The notes under the pieces are model-generated. The model saw only the letters and a program-made list of their open reading frames with translations. It made no database searches and was not told where the DNA came from. Positions 37,190 to 46,994 of a stretch of DNA of 64,000 nt are shown one piece after another (position 1 is the stretch's first letter; each line of letters begins with the position of its first letter). Source of the DNA: Myxococcota bacterium. GTDB taxonomy: Bacteria; Myxococcota_A; UBA796; GCA-2862545. The position numbers and the translations under genes are program-made. The stretch is taken from assembly GCA_044356535.1 (NCBI GenBank), contig JBIKWC010000004.1, forward strand, positions 14,707 to 78,706, in the 5' to 3' direction.

Positions 37190-38428
37190 CTACCGGCCCT
37201 TCCAGGCTTCGAACGCCTGCTGGAGCTCGACGAACCGCGAGGTGGCGCCCGGGTCCGACTTCGTCCGATCGGGGTGGAACCGGCGCGCGAGCTCGCGGTG
37301 GCGGCCCTTCACGAGCTCGGCGTCTCCGAGCTGATCGGGGTCCAGCTCGAACACGGCGGCCACGTCTTCGCGGGTCAACACCGCCCGCGGCCCGAACCGG
37401 GGGCTCACGATCTGGGGCTCCGGGAGATCGATCGCCCAGCGCCCGAACCCGATGCGGTGCCCCGGGCCCTTCAAGCGGAGCGACGCCCCGCGCTGCAGCC
37501 ACACCACCCGCTCTCCGCGCGCCAACACCCAGAAGTCGGGGTCGGGCTCCTTGACGAACAGCTCGTACCCCCGGTCCGGCTGGTCGACGTTGCGGAGGAT
37601 CGCCACCCGGAACTTCGTGAGCGCGGGGTCCGGAAGGTACACGACCGACGTGGGGTCACCGCCGAACGTGACGAGGCTGTACTTCCAGTGGAGCAGGGCC
37701 GCGCGGAGGCGGGCGTCGTACTCCCGGCTCGGCAGCGCGGGCGGCTGCTTGGACGGGGGCGCCGAGTGCCGCTCCGCACCGGGGGGCGTGGCCCGGCGGT
37801 CGGCGCCGGGGGGCGTGGCGCGCGGGCGACCGTCGGGCGGCAACGAGTGCCCGGGGTTGGTGCGGTACGGCGCGTGCGGTCCGAGGGTGGGGGGCGTCAC
37901 GGGGGTGGCGGAGCTGGGTGCGGGACCGTCCGGTAGCCGGAACCCAGCGGGGCCGCTCGGCGACGGCGTCTGGAACTGGGCGTGGCGGGCGCTGCGCGGC
38001 GCCTGCCCGGAGAGGAGCCACGGGCCGTCGGGGAGCGCGACCTTCACCGCGTCGGCGGGGGTGGAGCCCAGCCCGACGATGGTTCCGGCCGGCAGGTTCC
38101 GGAGCTCTGCGCCCTGGTTGATGCTGGCCCAGTGGGCGGACTGCTTGACGTAGGTCCCGAAGTTCGTGAACGGCCGCTCGACCGTGTAGCCTTCGGGCTC
38201 GGCGCGGATCGACGCCACCACGAGGTCGCGCTCGGTCACCCGCAGGCCGGCGGTGTCGAGCTCTGCCGGGAGGAGCGGCAGGTCCACGCCGGGGCCCAGG
38301 CCGATCGTGATGCGTCGTCGGCCACGCAGGAACAGCTCGTACAGCTCACGCTCGAGGGTCTGGCTCTGGGCCTTCGTCTCGACGAGCTGGGCGAGGGCTG
38401 GAGGGAGGAACGTGCCCCGCGGGTCCAT
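37190..38428 (-). CDS. FHA-like domain + C-terminal J-domain (DnaJ-like, HPD motif) protein
   Basis: J-domain ...ELARRFHPDRTKSDPGATSRFVELQQAFEAWK. N-terminal FHA-like segment (RRRITIGLG...YTVERPFTNFGTYV). Pro-rich linker. Confidence 0.65.
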   Translation of the reverse strand: MDPRGTFLPPALAQLVETKAQSQTLERELYELFLRGRRRITIGLGPGVDLPLLPAELDTAGLRVTERDLVVASIRAEPEGYTVERPFTNFGTYVKQSAHWASINQGAELRNLPAGTIVGLGSTPADAVKVALPDGPWLLSGQAPRSARHAQFQTPSPSGPAGFRLPDGPAPSSATPVTPPTLGPHAPYRTNPGHSLPPDGRPRATPPGADRRATPPGAERHSAPPSKQPPALPSREYDARLRAALLHWKYSLVTFGGDPTSVVYLPDPALTKFRVAILRNVDQPDRGYELFVKEPDPDFWVLARGERVVWLQRGASLRLKGPGHRIGFGRWAIDLPEPQIVSPRFGPRAVLTREDVAAVFELDPDQLGDAELVKGRHRELARRFHPDRTKSDPGATSRFVELQQAFEAWKGR

Positions 38429-38504
38429 CGCCGCATCGTAAGCCAGAACGTTTCCTGACGCTCGGTGGCGAGGGGAGTGGATAGGTTGTCGGACTGCGAG
38501 GTCG

Positions 38505-39905
<1,401 letters not shown>

Positions 39906-39929
39906 CCCGGCGGCTGGTACCCTGGCGCC

Positions 39930-42137
39930 GTGAGCCTCCACCGCCTCCGACTGATCGCTGGTGCCCGCGCGGACTTCGACGCGGACTGGGCCGAGTTCGG
40001 TCGGACGCACTCCGACGACGATCCGATGGCCTTCGCGGTGTGGCTCACCGAGCGCAAGAAGCTCACGATCGAACAGCTCCGCGCGTACCTCCTCGACGGT
40101 GACCTCCACCTCCGCTCGCGCGTGAACGCCGCCCCCTCCGCGTTCGACCGCCTGGCGCTGCTCGGGAAGGGCGCGATGGGCGAGGTGTACGTCGCGCGCG
40201 ACCGCCAGCTCAACCGCAACGTGGCCGTCAAGCAGATCGACCCCTACATGGCGAGCGACCCGGTGCTCCTCCGGCGGTTCTACACCGAGGCGCAGATCAC
40301 CGCGCAGCTCGACCACCCGGGCATCGTGCCGGTGTTCGGGCTCGAGGTGCAGGAAGACGGCACGCTCGCGTACGCGATGCGGATCGTCCGCGGCCGCACG
40401 CTCCGGGAGTTCATCGACGAGACCCGCGCGTTCTACGAGAAGGGCCAACGCCCCGACGCCCCCCACACGCTCCAGGCGCGGCTGTTGCTGTTCGACGACC
40501 TGTGCAAGGCGCTCCAGCACGCCCACGAGCGCGGGGTGCTCCACCGCGACCTCAAGCCGCGCAACATCATGGTGGGGCCGTTCGGCGAGGTCCTGGTGAT
40601 GGACTGGGGCATCGCCAAGGTGCTGGGCCGCAAGGACGAGCTCCCCGCGCTCGGGAACGACCAGACGGGCGACGCGACGGAGACGGGCGCCACGATCGGC
40701 ACCGCCCGCTACATGTCCCCGGAGCAGGCGGCGGGAGAGAACGAGCAGCTGGACGCGCGCTCCGACCAGTACTCGCTCGGGCTCCTGCTGTACGAGCTCG
40801 TGACGCTCAACCAGGCGAACCCAGGGAAGAACGCGGATACCTGCCGCACGGCGGCCGCCCGGGGTCACGTGGCCCCCGTGGTCCACTTCAAGAACGAGCC
40901 CATCCCCCGAGACCTGCAGGCCGTGATCGGCAAGGCGACGGCGCTGCGTCGCCAGGACCGGTACGCGGACGTGGGCGCGCTGGCCGCGGACGTGCGGCGC
41001 TACCTCGCGGACGAGGAGGTGAAGGCCCGCCCCGACGGCCTCGTACAGCGGGTGGTGCGCATGGTCGGGCGGTACCGCCGGTCGGCGCTCGTGGCCATCG
41101 GCGGGCTGTCGACCACGCTCGTGCTGGTGCTCGCGGGGTTCGTGGTGCTGGTGGCCCTCGGGCTCACGGTGTGGACGGTCCGCGCCCGCGCCCGCGAACA
41201 GGCCCTGGCCCGCGTGCTCTCCGCCGTCTCCACGCAGGCCCGCCGCATCGACACCACGCTCGCCGGCCGGGCGGCGCAGGTGGAGGGCATGCGAGGCGCA
41301 GCGGCCTGGGCCCTCACGCACCCGCCGGGCGCCGAACACGCGGTGTACTTCGCCGAGCAGTTCGACGGCCCGCCAGAGGAGCGTCCCCCCGATCTGCTGG
41401 CGTCGCCGGTCTACGAAGACGACTGCTCGCTCGACCACGCGGACAACGTGCTCGCCCCCACCGCCAGCCGCGAAGCCGTCGCCGCCCGACTGCAGCAGCT
41501 CCAGTCGCTGCAGCCGGAGCTCCTGCGCGTGTTGCTGGACGCGATCGACCCCCAGCTCGCCGCCGCGTCGAAGACGGAGCAGCGCGCCCGGCTGTTCGGG
41601 GAGGGCGGCCCGGTGATCTGGACCTACGTCGCCACCGAAGACGGCATCCTCACGGGCATGCCGGGGGTGGGGGACTACCCGGAGGGCTACGACCCTCGCA
41701 CCACCGTCTGGTACCAGCTCGGGCGCCGGGCGGAGGGCGTGAAGTGGGAGGCGTCCATGGACGAGAGCGGCGGCGGGCTCCTGCTCACTGCGGTGTCTTC
41801 GGTGCGCGACGAGGCCGACCGCACGCTCGGCGTGGTGGGGCTCGACCTGAGCGTGGATCAGGTGGCCCGGGAGCTCCTGGTGCCGGACGGGCTGCCGGGG
41901 GTGCGCGCGCGGCTGGTCGACGCCGAAGGACACGTGTTGATCGACACCCGCGACCCGGACGCCGCGGAGACGAAGCCGGCGCTGGACTACCCGGCGGTGC
42001 TCGAGGCGGTGGCCGCGGGTCGGTCCACGGGCCTGCTGGAGCAGGGCGGGGAGCTGGTGGGCTGGACGACGATCGACCAGGTCGGCTGGCTGTACGTGGT
42101 GGCGGGCGACGCGGACCCGCTCCTCGCCGCTCCCTGA
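39930..42137 (+). CDS. Ser/Thr protein kinase with single TM and periplasmic sensor (Cache-like) domain
   Basis: Kinase subdomains (LGKGAMGEVYVA, VAVKQI, HRDLKPRNIMV, DWGIAKV, SPEQ). TM ALVAIGGLSTTLVLVLAGFVVLVALGL. ~330-aa extracytoplasmic domain. Confidence 0.9.
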   Translation: MSLHRLRLIAGARADFDADWAEFGRTHSDDDPMAFAVWLTERKKLTIEQLRAYLLDGDLHLRSRVNAAPSAFDRLALLGKGAMGEVYVARDRQLNRNVAVKQIDPYMASDPVLLRRFYTEAQITAQLDHPGIVPVFGLEVQEDGTLAYAMRIVRGRTLREFIDETRAFYEKGQRPDAPHTLQARLLLFDDLCKALQHAHERGVLHRDLKPRNIMVGPFGEVLVMDWGIAKVLGRKDELPALGNDQTGDATETGATIGTARYMSPEQAAGENEQLDARSDQYSLGLLLYELVTLNQANPGKNADTCRTAAARGHVAPVVHFKNEPIPRDLQAVIGKATALRRQDRYADVGALAADVRRYLADEEVKARPDGLVQRVVRMVGRYRRSALVAIGGLSTTLVLVLAGFVVLVALGLTVWTVRARAREQALARVLSAVSTQARRIDTTLAGRAAQVEGMRGAAAWALTHPPGAEHAVYFAEQFDGPPEERPPDLLASPVYEDDCSLDHADNVLAPTASREAVAARLQQLQSLQPELLRVLLDAIDPQLAAASKTEQRARLFGEGGPVIWTYVATEDGILTGMPGVGDYPEGYDPRTTVWYQLGRRAEGVKWEASMDESGGGLLLTAVSSVRDEADRTLGVVGLDLSVDQVARELLVPDGLPGVRARLVDAEGHVLIDTRDPDAAETKPALDYPAVLEAVAAGRSTGLLEQGGELVGWTTIDQVGWLYVVAGDADPLLAAP

Positions 42138-42156
42138 CGCCAGCCCCCGTCCGAGC

Positions 42157-43239
42157 TCAGCCCGGCAACGACATCGTCTTCCACAGCTCGCCCGGGGCGG
42201 CGATCACCGTGACCCGCTCCACCTTCGTGGCCATGCGCTCCATCGACTCCAGCTCCTTCAGGCGCAAGAGCGTCGGGTTCTGCTCCAGGAGCTTCGCCGT
42301 GTTCGCGAGCGACCGCGTGGCCGCGACCTCCTCGCGGCGCAGGATCACGTTGGCGGCTGCCCGCTTCTCGGCCTCGATCACCTGGTTCAGGATCGTCTTC
42401 ATCTCGCCGGGCAGCACCAGGTCCTTGAGGTCCAGTGACACCAGCTCCACGCCCCAGCCGAGGAGCCGCGGCGCGATCGACGCCACCAGCTGCGCCGCTG
42501 CGCCCGTCCGGGCGTCGAGGAGCGCGTCCAGGGCGTGGTTGCCGACCACCGCGCGGGCCGCGAGCTGGCTCGTGGCGTACAGGCCGTCGCGCAGGTTCGT
42601 GACCTCCGACAGCGCCTTGACCGGGTCCACCACGCGGTACCGCACCAGGACGGTGACCCGCAGCGTGACCTTGTCCGCCGTCATCAGCTCCTGGCCGGCG
42701 ATCGTGAGCTCCTGCTCGCGCAGGTCCACCTTCACCGGAGCGACCGCGCGCCCCTCGAGGTGGACGCCGTACCGGCCGGGGCCGAGTACGCGGTCCAGCG
42801 CGCCGTCGACGTAGAGCAGGACCCGCTCGTGCGGCAACACCACGACGTCCTGGAGCAGGCCCGGGGGCAACAGCGACCAGTACACCTCCGGGAGCGTGGC
42901 GAGCAGCGGCTCCGTGGAGAACACCTTCACGTCCACCACGCGGCCCGCGTTCCACGCCAGGTACCGGCCCGGCGCCACCGCGCGGGTGGGGACGCCGTCC
43001 AGAAACACCACGCCGACCGCGCGGAAGGGGACCTCGACCACGCGCGCGGCGTCGGCCGGAACCAGACCGTGCTCCGGAGACCACGGCGTGAGGCCGGCGG
43101 TGAGGTCGAAGACGTCGATGCGATCCCCGAGGCCCGGGAACCAGAGGCGGTGCACACCCGGCTCGAGGAACGCCGTGGCCCGGCCGGCCTGGAAGCGGAT
43201 GGCGCGCTGGTCGTCGGCGACGAGGATGGTGCGGAACAT
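42157..43239 (-). CDS. SPFH/band-7 (stomatin/prohibitin/HflK-C-like) domain protein
   Basis: SPFH core (VKVDLREQELTIAGQELMTADKVTLRVTVLVRYRVVDP...) followed by coiled-coil. Confidence 0.8.
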   Translation of the reverse strand: MFRTILVADDQRAIRFQAGRATAFLEPGVHRLWFPGLGDRIDVFDLTAGLTPWSPEHGLVPADAARVVEVPFRAVGVVFLDGVPTRAVAPGRYLAWNAGRVVDVKVFSTEPLLATLPEVYWSLLPPGLLQDVVVLPHERVLLYVDGALDRVLGPGRYGVHLEGRAVAPVKVDLREQELTIAGQELMTADKVTLRVTVLVRYRVVDPVKALSEVTNLRDGLYATSQLAARAVVGNHALDALLDARTGAAAQLVASIAPRLLGWGVELVSLDLKDLVLPGEMKTILNQVIEAEKRAAANVILRREEVAATRSLANTAKLLEQNPTLLRLKELESMERMATKVERVTVIAAPGELWKTMSLPG

Positions 43240-43684
43240 GGGGGTCTCCAGAGGGAAGGGCGCCCCGCGCGGGGCCGCGGGTCGGGTCGACGGGGGTGGG
43301 TGCGCGGTGGGTTGCCGGCCCCGGAGGAGCAGGCAGCGGTCGGCGCACGATCCACCCGCAGGTCGGGCCCGCCGGGTGCGGTCCGGCGCGAGGCGTGGGT
43401 TGTCGAACAGTCGCGGTTCAGGCGATGGGTGCTACCAGCAGTCCTCTCGGACACCCGCAGGAATCGAACCTGCGGGCAACGGCCCCACCGAGGGGAACCC
43501 GCCACCCGATCCGGAGCGCCGAACCACCGAAGTGGGCGGCACCGGAGGGCGCGGCTCGTCGGGAGCCACCCCGGATGACTGCGAGGCCCGTGCCATGGCA
43601 CCCCCGGTGGGGCGAACATCGACGTAGATGCTTGCCTGTCTTCGGGCGATGCGGCAGCCTCGGAGCACGAGATGCCCTCGATTC

Positions 43685-45982
43685 TTATCTTTTCGGCGCG
43701 TGTACGAGCGCCCCAGCGCGTCGACGCTGCCACTGCTGGAAGAGGTACCCGGGAAACACGCAGTAGCCGAAGGTCGTCAGGCCGGTGAGCCCGAGCAGGA
43801 GGACTCCGACCATCCGCCCAGCCCCGAACACCTGGTCGATCACCGTGAGATCGGGTGTCCCTTCCCCCCGCAGGGGCCCCAGGTTGGCGGTGACGATCGA
43901 GGCCCCCCCCACCGCGAGTCCGACACCCCCCTGGACCACCGCCCCCACCAGCAGCGCACCAGAGACGAGTCCCCCCGACGCCAGCTCCGGCCAGTCGAGC
44001 GGAGCGTGGCCGGGGAGCGCGTTCCGGAGCGCGTACCTGCGCCCGGCCGCCAGGAGCGAAGCCGACCACCCCACCAACGCCCCCGCGCCCAGGAGCGGCA
44101 CCGGGCCGCTCGCCCCGAACGCGATGGGGAGCACGGCGTCGGCCGCCACCGCGAGCGCCACCACGGCGGTCGCGGCGCGGAGCTCCGACCGCTGGTTCTG
44201 GTGGTCCTGCGAGCGCGCGAGCTGCGTGGCGCCCAGCGCGAACACCCCCACGCTGAGCGCCACGAGGACGAAGCCCTGGACCACCGGCGCGTCGACGACC
44301 CCCGCGAGAAGGAGCCCGGCAACCGGGTTGCCCTGGAGTCTCTGGGCGACGTTCGCCGTCAGCTCTACCGTCGCTGCGGACACGGCCGCGTGCACGATCA
44401 CGGACGCGACCACGAGCTGGAGGCCGGTGGACGCGAACACCCGCAGGGAAAACGCGGAGAGGGGAGGCGCCTCGTCGGCGCGGGTCGACTCACCCAGCAC
44501 GGCCGACAGCGCGCCTACCGCGGCTGCGCCACCGACGAGCAGGCCCCCCCCGCCGAGCCCGATCCAGAACAGGTTCGAGAGCACGGACGGGAGGACCCTC
44601 GCCTGGAGCGCCTGCCCGCCAGCCTCCTCCGCGAGCGCCCGGTACAGGGGACTGGCGCCCATCGTCGCCACAAGAGGGAAGCCGACCACGGCGTTCGCCA
44701 CCACGCCCGCGAACGCACCGATCGCGCCCCCCGTCACCGCGCTGTGCGCGTGCGTCCGACCTGCCCGGAGCCCAGCGCCGACGAGCACGACCGCCGCGAG
44801 CGCGTAGCCGAGCCACCCCACCCAATCGGGCGCAGCCGCCCTGCCGGGCACGAGCTGCGCGGGGTGCACGAGCGTGAACGGCAGGGCCAGGCCGAGCGTC
44901 ACGCCGACCGCAGCGAACCACGCGAGCCCCACGGTACGCAGGAGCGGGAGGCCGGAGGGCTCGCGCGGGAGCGCCGGGAGCGCAGGCGCCACCTCGTTCG
45001 GAGCCGGTGGGGCCATGGACGGGGGCGCGGAGTGGGAAGCGGTGCTGGACGCAGCACCGGACAGATCGAACGTGCCGGCGCCTGCGTGGCTCGGGGCTCC
45101 CGGGGCGGATGGCGCGAGGGAGCGGAGGACCTCGAGGTCCCAGGTGCACTGGGGCGCGGGGCTGTCGGCACACCACTGCGCAGCGAGCGCTGCCACCGAG
45201 GGAGCCCGCGCTTCGCGGTCGGTCACCAGCGCCGCGGTCACCGCCTCCCGCATCCGCGCCGGTGCCCCGGGTGCGGCCTCGTCGATCGGCGTGTAGCGAC
45301 CGTAGGCGACGGCCTCCATCGTCGCGAACGAGTCGCCTCCGCTGAAGGGCCGCCGTCCGGCGATCAGCTCGTACAGGATGGCGCCGAGGGCGAACACGTC
45401 GGCGCGGGCGTCGACGTCGCGGCTGCTGCGCACCTGCTCGGGCGCCATGTACGCCGGGGTGCCCAGCGTGGCGCCCGATCGCGTGGCGGTGTCGCCCCCA
45501 TCCGTCAAGAGCTTGGCCAGACCGAAGTCCGTGACGCGCGGGGTGACCCCGTCACCCACCGCGAGCAGGATGTTCCCCGGCTTGAGGTCGCGGTGCACCA
45601 GCTCGGCGTCGTGGGCGGCCTCCACCCCGGCGAACAGCCCACGCGCGAGCTCGTCCACCTCGGGCACGGTGAGGGACCCCCGCGCCAGCACCTGCTCGAG
45701 CGTGGGACCCTCCACGAGCTCCATGACGAGCCCGGGGGCGCCGTCCACGCGCACCACGTCGGTCACCGCCACCACGTTCGGGTGCCGCAGCGCGGCCTGG
45801 GCCCGCCCCTCCACCAGGAGCCGCCGCTCGAGGTCGGGCGAGGTGGAGTCCAGCACCTTGAGCGCGTGGACCGTGCCGAGCTCTGCGTGGCGCACGCGGT
45901 ACACGGTGGCCATCGCGCCCCGGCCGAGCTGGCCGGTGACGACGTAGCGCCCGTCGATGGCTGTGCCGGTCGGGAGGTCCAT
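43685..45982 (-). CDS. Ser/Thr protein kinase fused to a C-terminal polytopic membrane domain
   Basis: Kinase motifs (LGRGAMATVYRV, HRDLKPGNILL, DFGLAKL, APEQ). >8 predicted TM helices in the C-terminal 400 aa. Confidence 0.85.
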   Translation of the reverse strand: MDLPTGTAIDGRYVVTGQLGRGAMATVYRVRHAELGTVHALKVLDSTSPDLERRLLVEGRAQAALRHPNVVAVTDVVRVDGAPGLVMELVEGPTLEQVLARGSLTVPEVDELARGLFAGVEAAHDAELVHRDLKPGNILLAVGDGVTPRVTDFGLAKLLTDGGDTATRSGATLGTPAYMAPEQVRSSRDVDARADVFALGAILYELIAGRRPFSGGDSFATMEAVAYGRYTPIDEAAPGAPARMREAVTAALVTDREARAPSVAALAAQWCADSPAPQCTWDLEVLRSLAPSAPGAPSHAGAGTFDLSGAASSTASHSAPPSMAPPAPNEVAPALPALPREPSGLPLLRTVGLAWFAAVGVTLGLALPFTLVHPAQLVPGRAAAPDWVGWLGYALAAVVLVGAGLRAGRTHAHSAVTGGAIGAFAGVVANAVVGFPLVATMGASPLYRALAEEAGGQALQARVLPSVLSNLFWIGLGGGGLLVGGAAAVGALSAVLGESTRADEAPPLSAFSLRVFASTGLQLVVASVIVHAAVSAATVELTANVAQRLQGNPVAGLLLAGVVDAPVVQGFVLVALSVGVFALGATQLARSQDHQNQRSELRAATAVVALAVAADAVLPIAFGASGPVPLLGAGALVGWSASLLAAGRRYALRNALPGHAPLDWPELASGGLVSGALLVGAVVQGGVGLAVGGASIVTANLGPLRGEGTPDLTVIDQVFGAGRMVGVLLLGLTGLTTFGYCVFPGYLFQQWQRRRAGALVHAPKR

Positions 45983-46023
45983 GCGCCGGTCTACCACACC
46001 AGCCGACCAGTTATGGTCTCCAG

Positions 46024-46977
46024 ATGCCGTTCTTGTGGGCATCGTTCGTCGCGTGTGAGCGGGAGGTGGTGCTGCGGCCCTCCACCACCCGGTCGCCCGA
46101 TCCGCGTTGGGAGCCCCTGGCCCCGGTCCCCGAAGCGCGCCAGGAGTGTGGTGTCGCGGCGTTCGACGGCGGCGTCGCGCTCGTCGGGGGGTACGGCGCC
46201 GACGGCGTGTTCGTCGACGACGTCTTCTGGTACGACCCGGGCGTGGATGCCTGGAGCGCGCTCCCGGACCTGCCGCGCGCCGTCCACCACGCCAACGTCG
46301 CGGTGCTGGACGACGGCCTGCACGTCGCGGGCTCGTTGATCGAGGGGTTCCGGGAGCTCCGGGACCACTGGCTCCTGGCGCCCGGCGCCGACCAGTGGGT
46401 GTCGCTGGCCCCGCTCCCGGCCGTCACCGCGGTGGGCGCGTCGGGGGTGGCTGTCGTGGCGGGGCAGCTCCACCTGGTCGGCGGCCAGCACCAGACCCGC
46501 AGCGTCGCCTTCCACCAGGTGTGGGACCCCGCCACCGACACCTGGGACGTGCTGGTCTCCGCGCCCACCGCGCGCGACCACTTCACGCTCGCAGCCGCCG
46601 GAGAAGGCCTCGTGGCGGTCGCCGGCCGCGCGGACGGGCTCGAGGCGTTCACCCCGGAGACCGACCGGTGGGACGGCGCGCAGTGGACCGCGGGGGAGCC
46701 CCTCCCTACGCCGCGCGGGGGCGGCATGGCTGCGCTCGACGACGACGGACTGCTCCACGTGGTGGGCGGCGAGGGGAACGTGAACGTGCCGGACGGCGTG
46801 TTCGGAGCCCACGAGGTCTACGACCCCGTGTCCGACACCTGGACGGTCCTCGACCCCATGGTGGCGCCGCGCCATGGGACCGGCGCCGCCTGGCTCGATG
46901 GCGCGATGTACGTGCCCGGCGGGGCGTCCGTGCTCCGCCTGGGCGCGGTCGACACCCACGACCGCTGGGTTCCCTGA
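46024..46977 (+). CDS. Kelch-repeat beta-propeller lipoprotein
   Basis: Lipobox MPFLWASFVAC. Repeated Kelch units with GG doublets and W/Y (VALVGGYG, LHLVGGQH, LHVVGGEG). Confidence 0.75.
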   Translation: MPFLWASFVACEREVVLRPSTTRSPDPRWEPLAPVPEARQECGVAAFDGGVALVGGYGADGVFVDDVFWYDPGVDAWSALPDLPRAVHHANVAVLDDGLHVAGSLIEGFRELRDHWLLAPGADQWVSLAPLPAVTAVGASGVAVVAGQLHLVGGQHQTRSVAFHQVWDPATDTWDVLVSAPTARDHFTLAAAGEGLVAVAGRADGLEAFTPETDRWDGAQWTAGEPLPTPRGGGMAALDDDGLLHVVGGEGNVNVPDGVFGAHEVYDPVSDTWTVLDPMVAPRHGTGAAWLDGAMYVPGGASVLRLGAVDTHDRWVP

Positions 46978-46994
46978 GCGGGAGTAACGCTCAC

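Noticed and set aside
32319-37334. 1671-aa + strand ORF
   Set aside because: Antisense to the batA/batB-like genes; low-complexity composition.
43430-43560. tRNA T-arm-like motif (GCAGG-TTCGATT-CCTGC on the minus strand) in the 445-bp gap upstream of the SPFH gene
   Set aside because: I could not build a consistent acceptor stem, D-arm or anticodon arm around it (U33 absent, no CCA, the acceptor needs a mismatch and a ~105-nt length). Probably a chance hairpin or an unrecognised leader structure; a tRNAscan or Infernal run would settle it.
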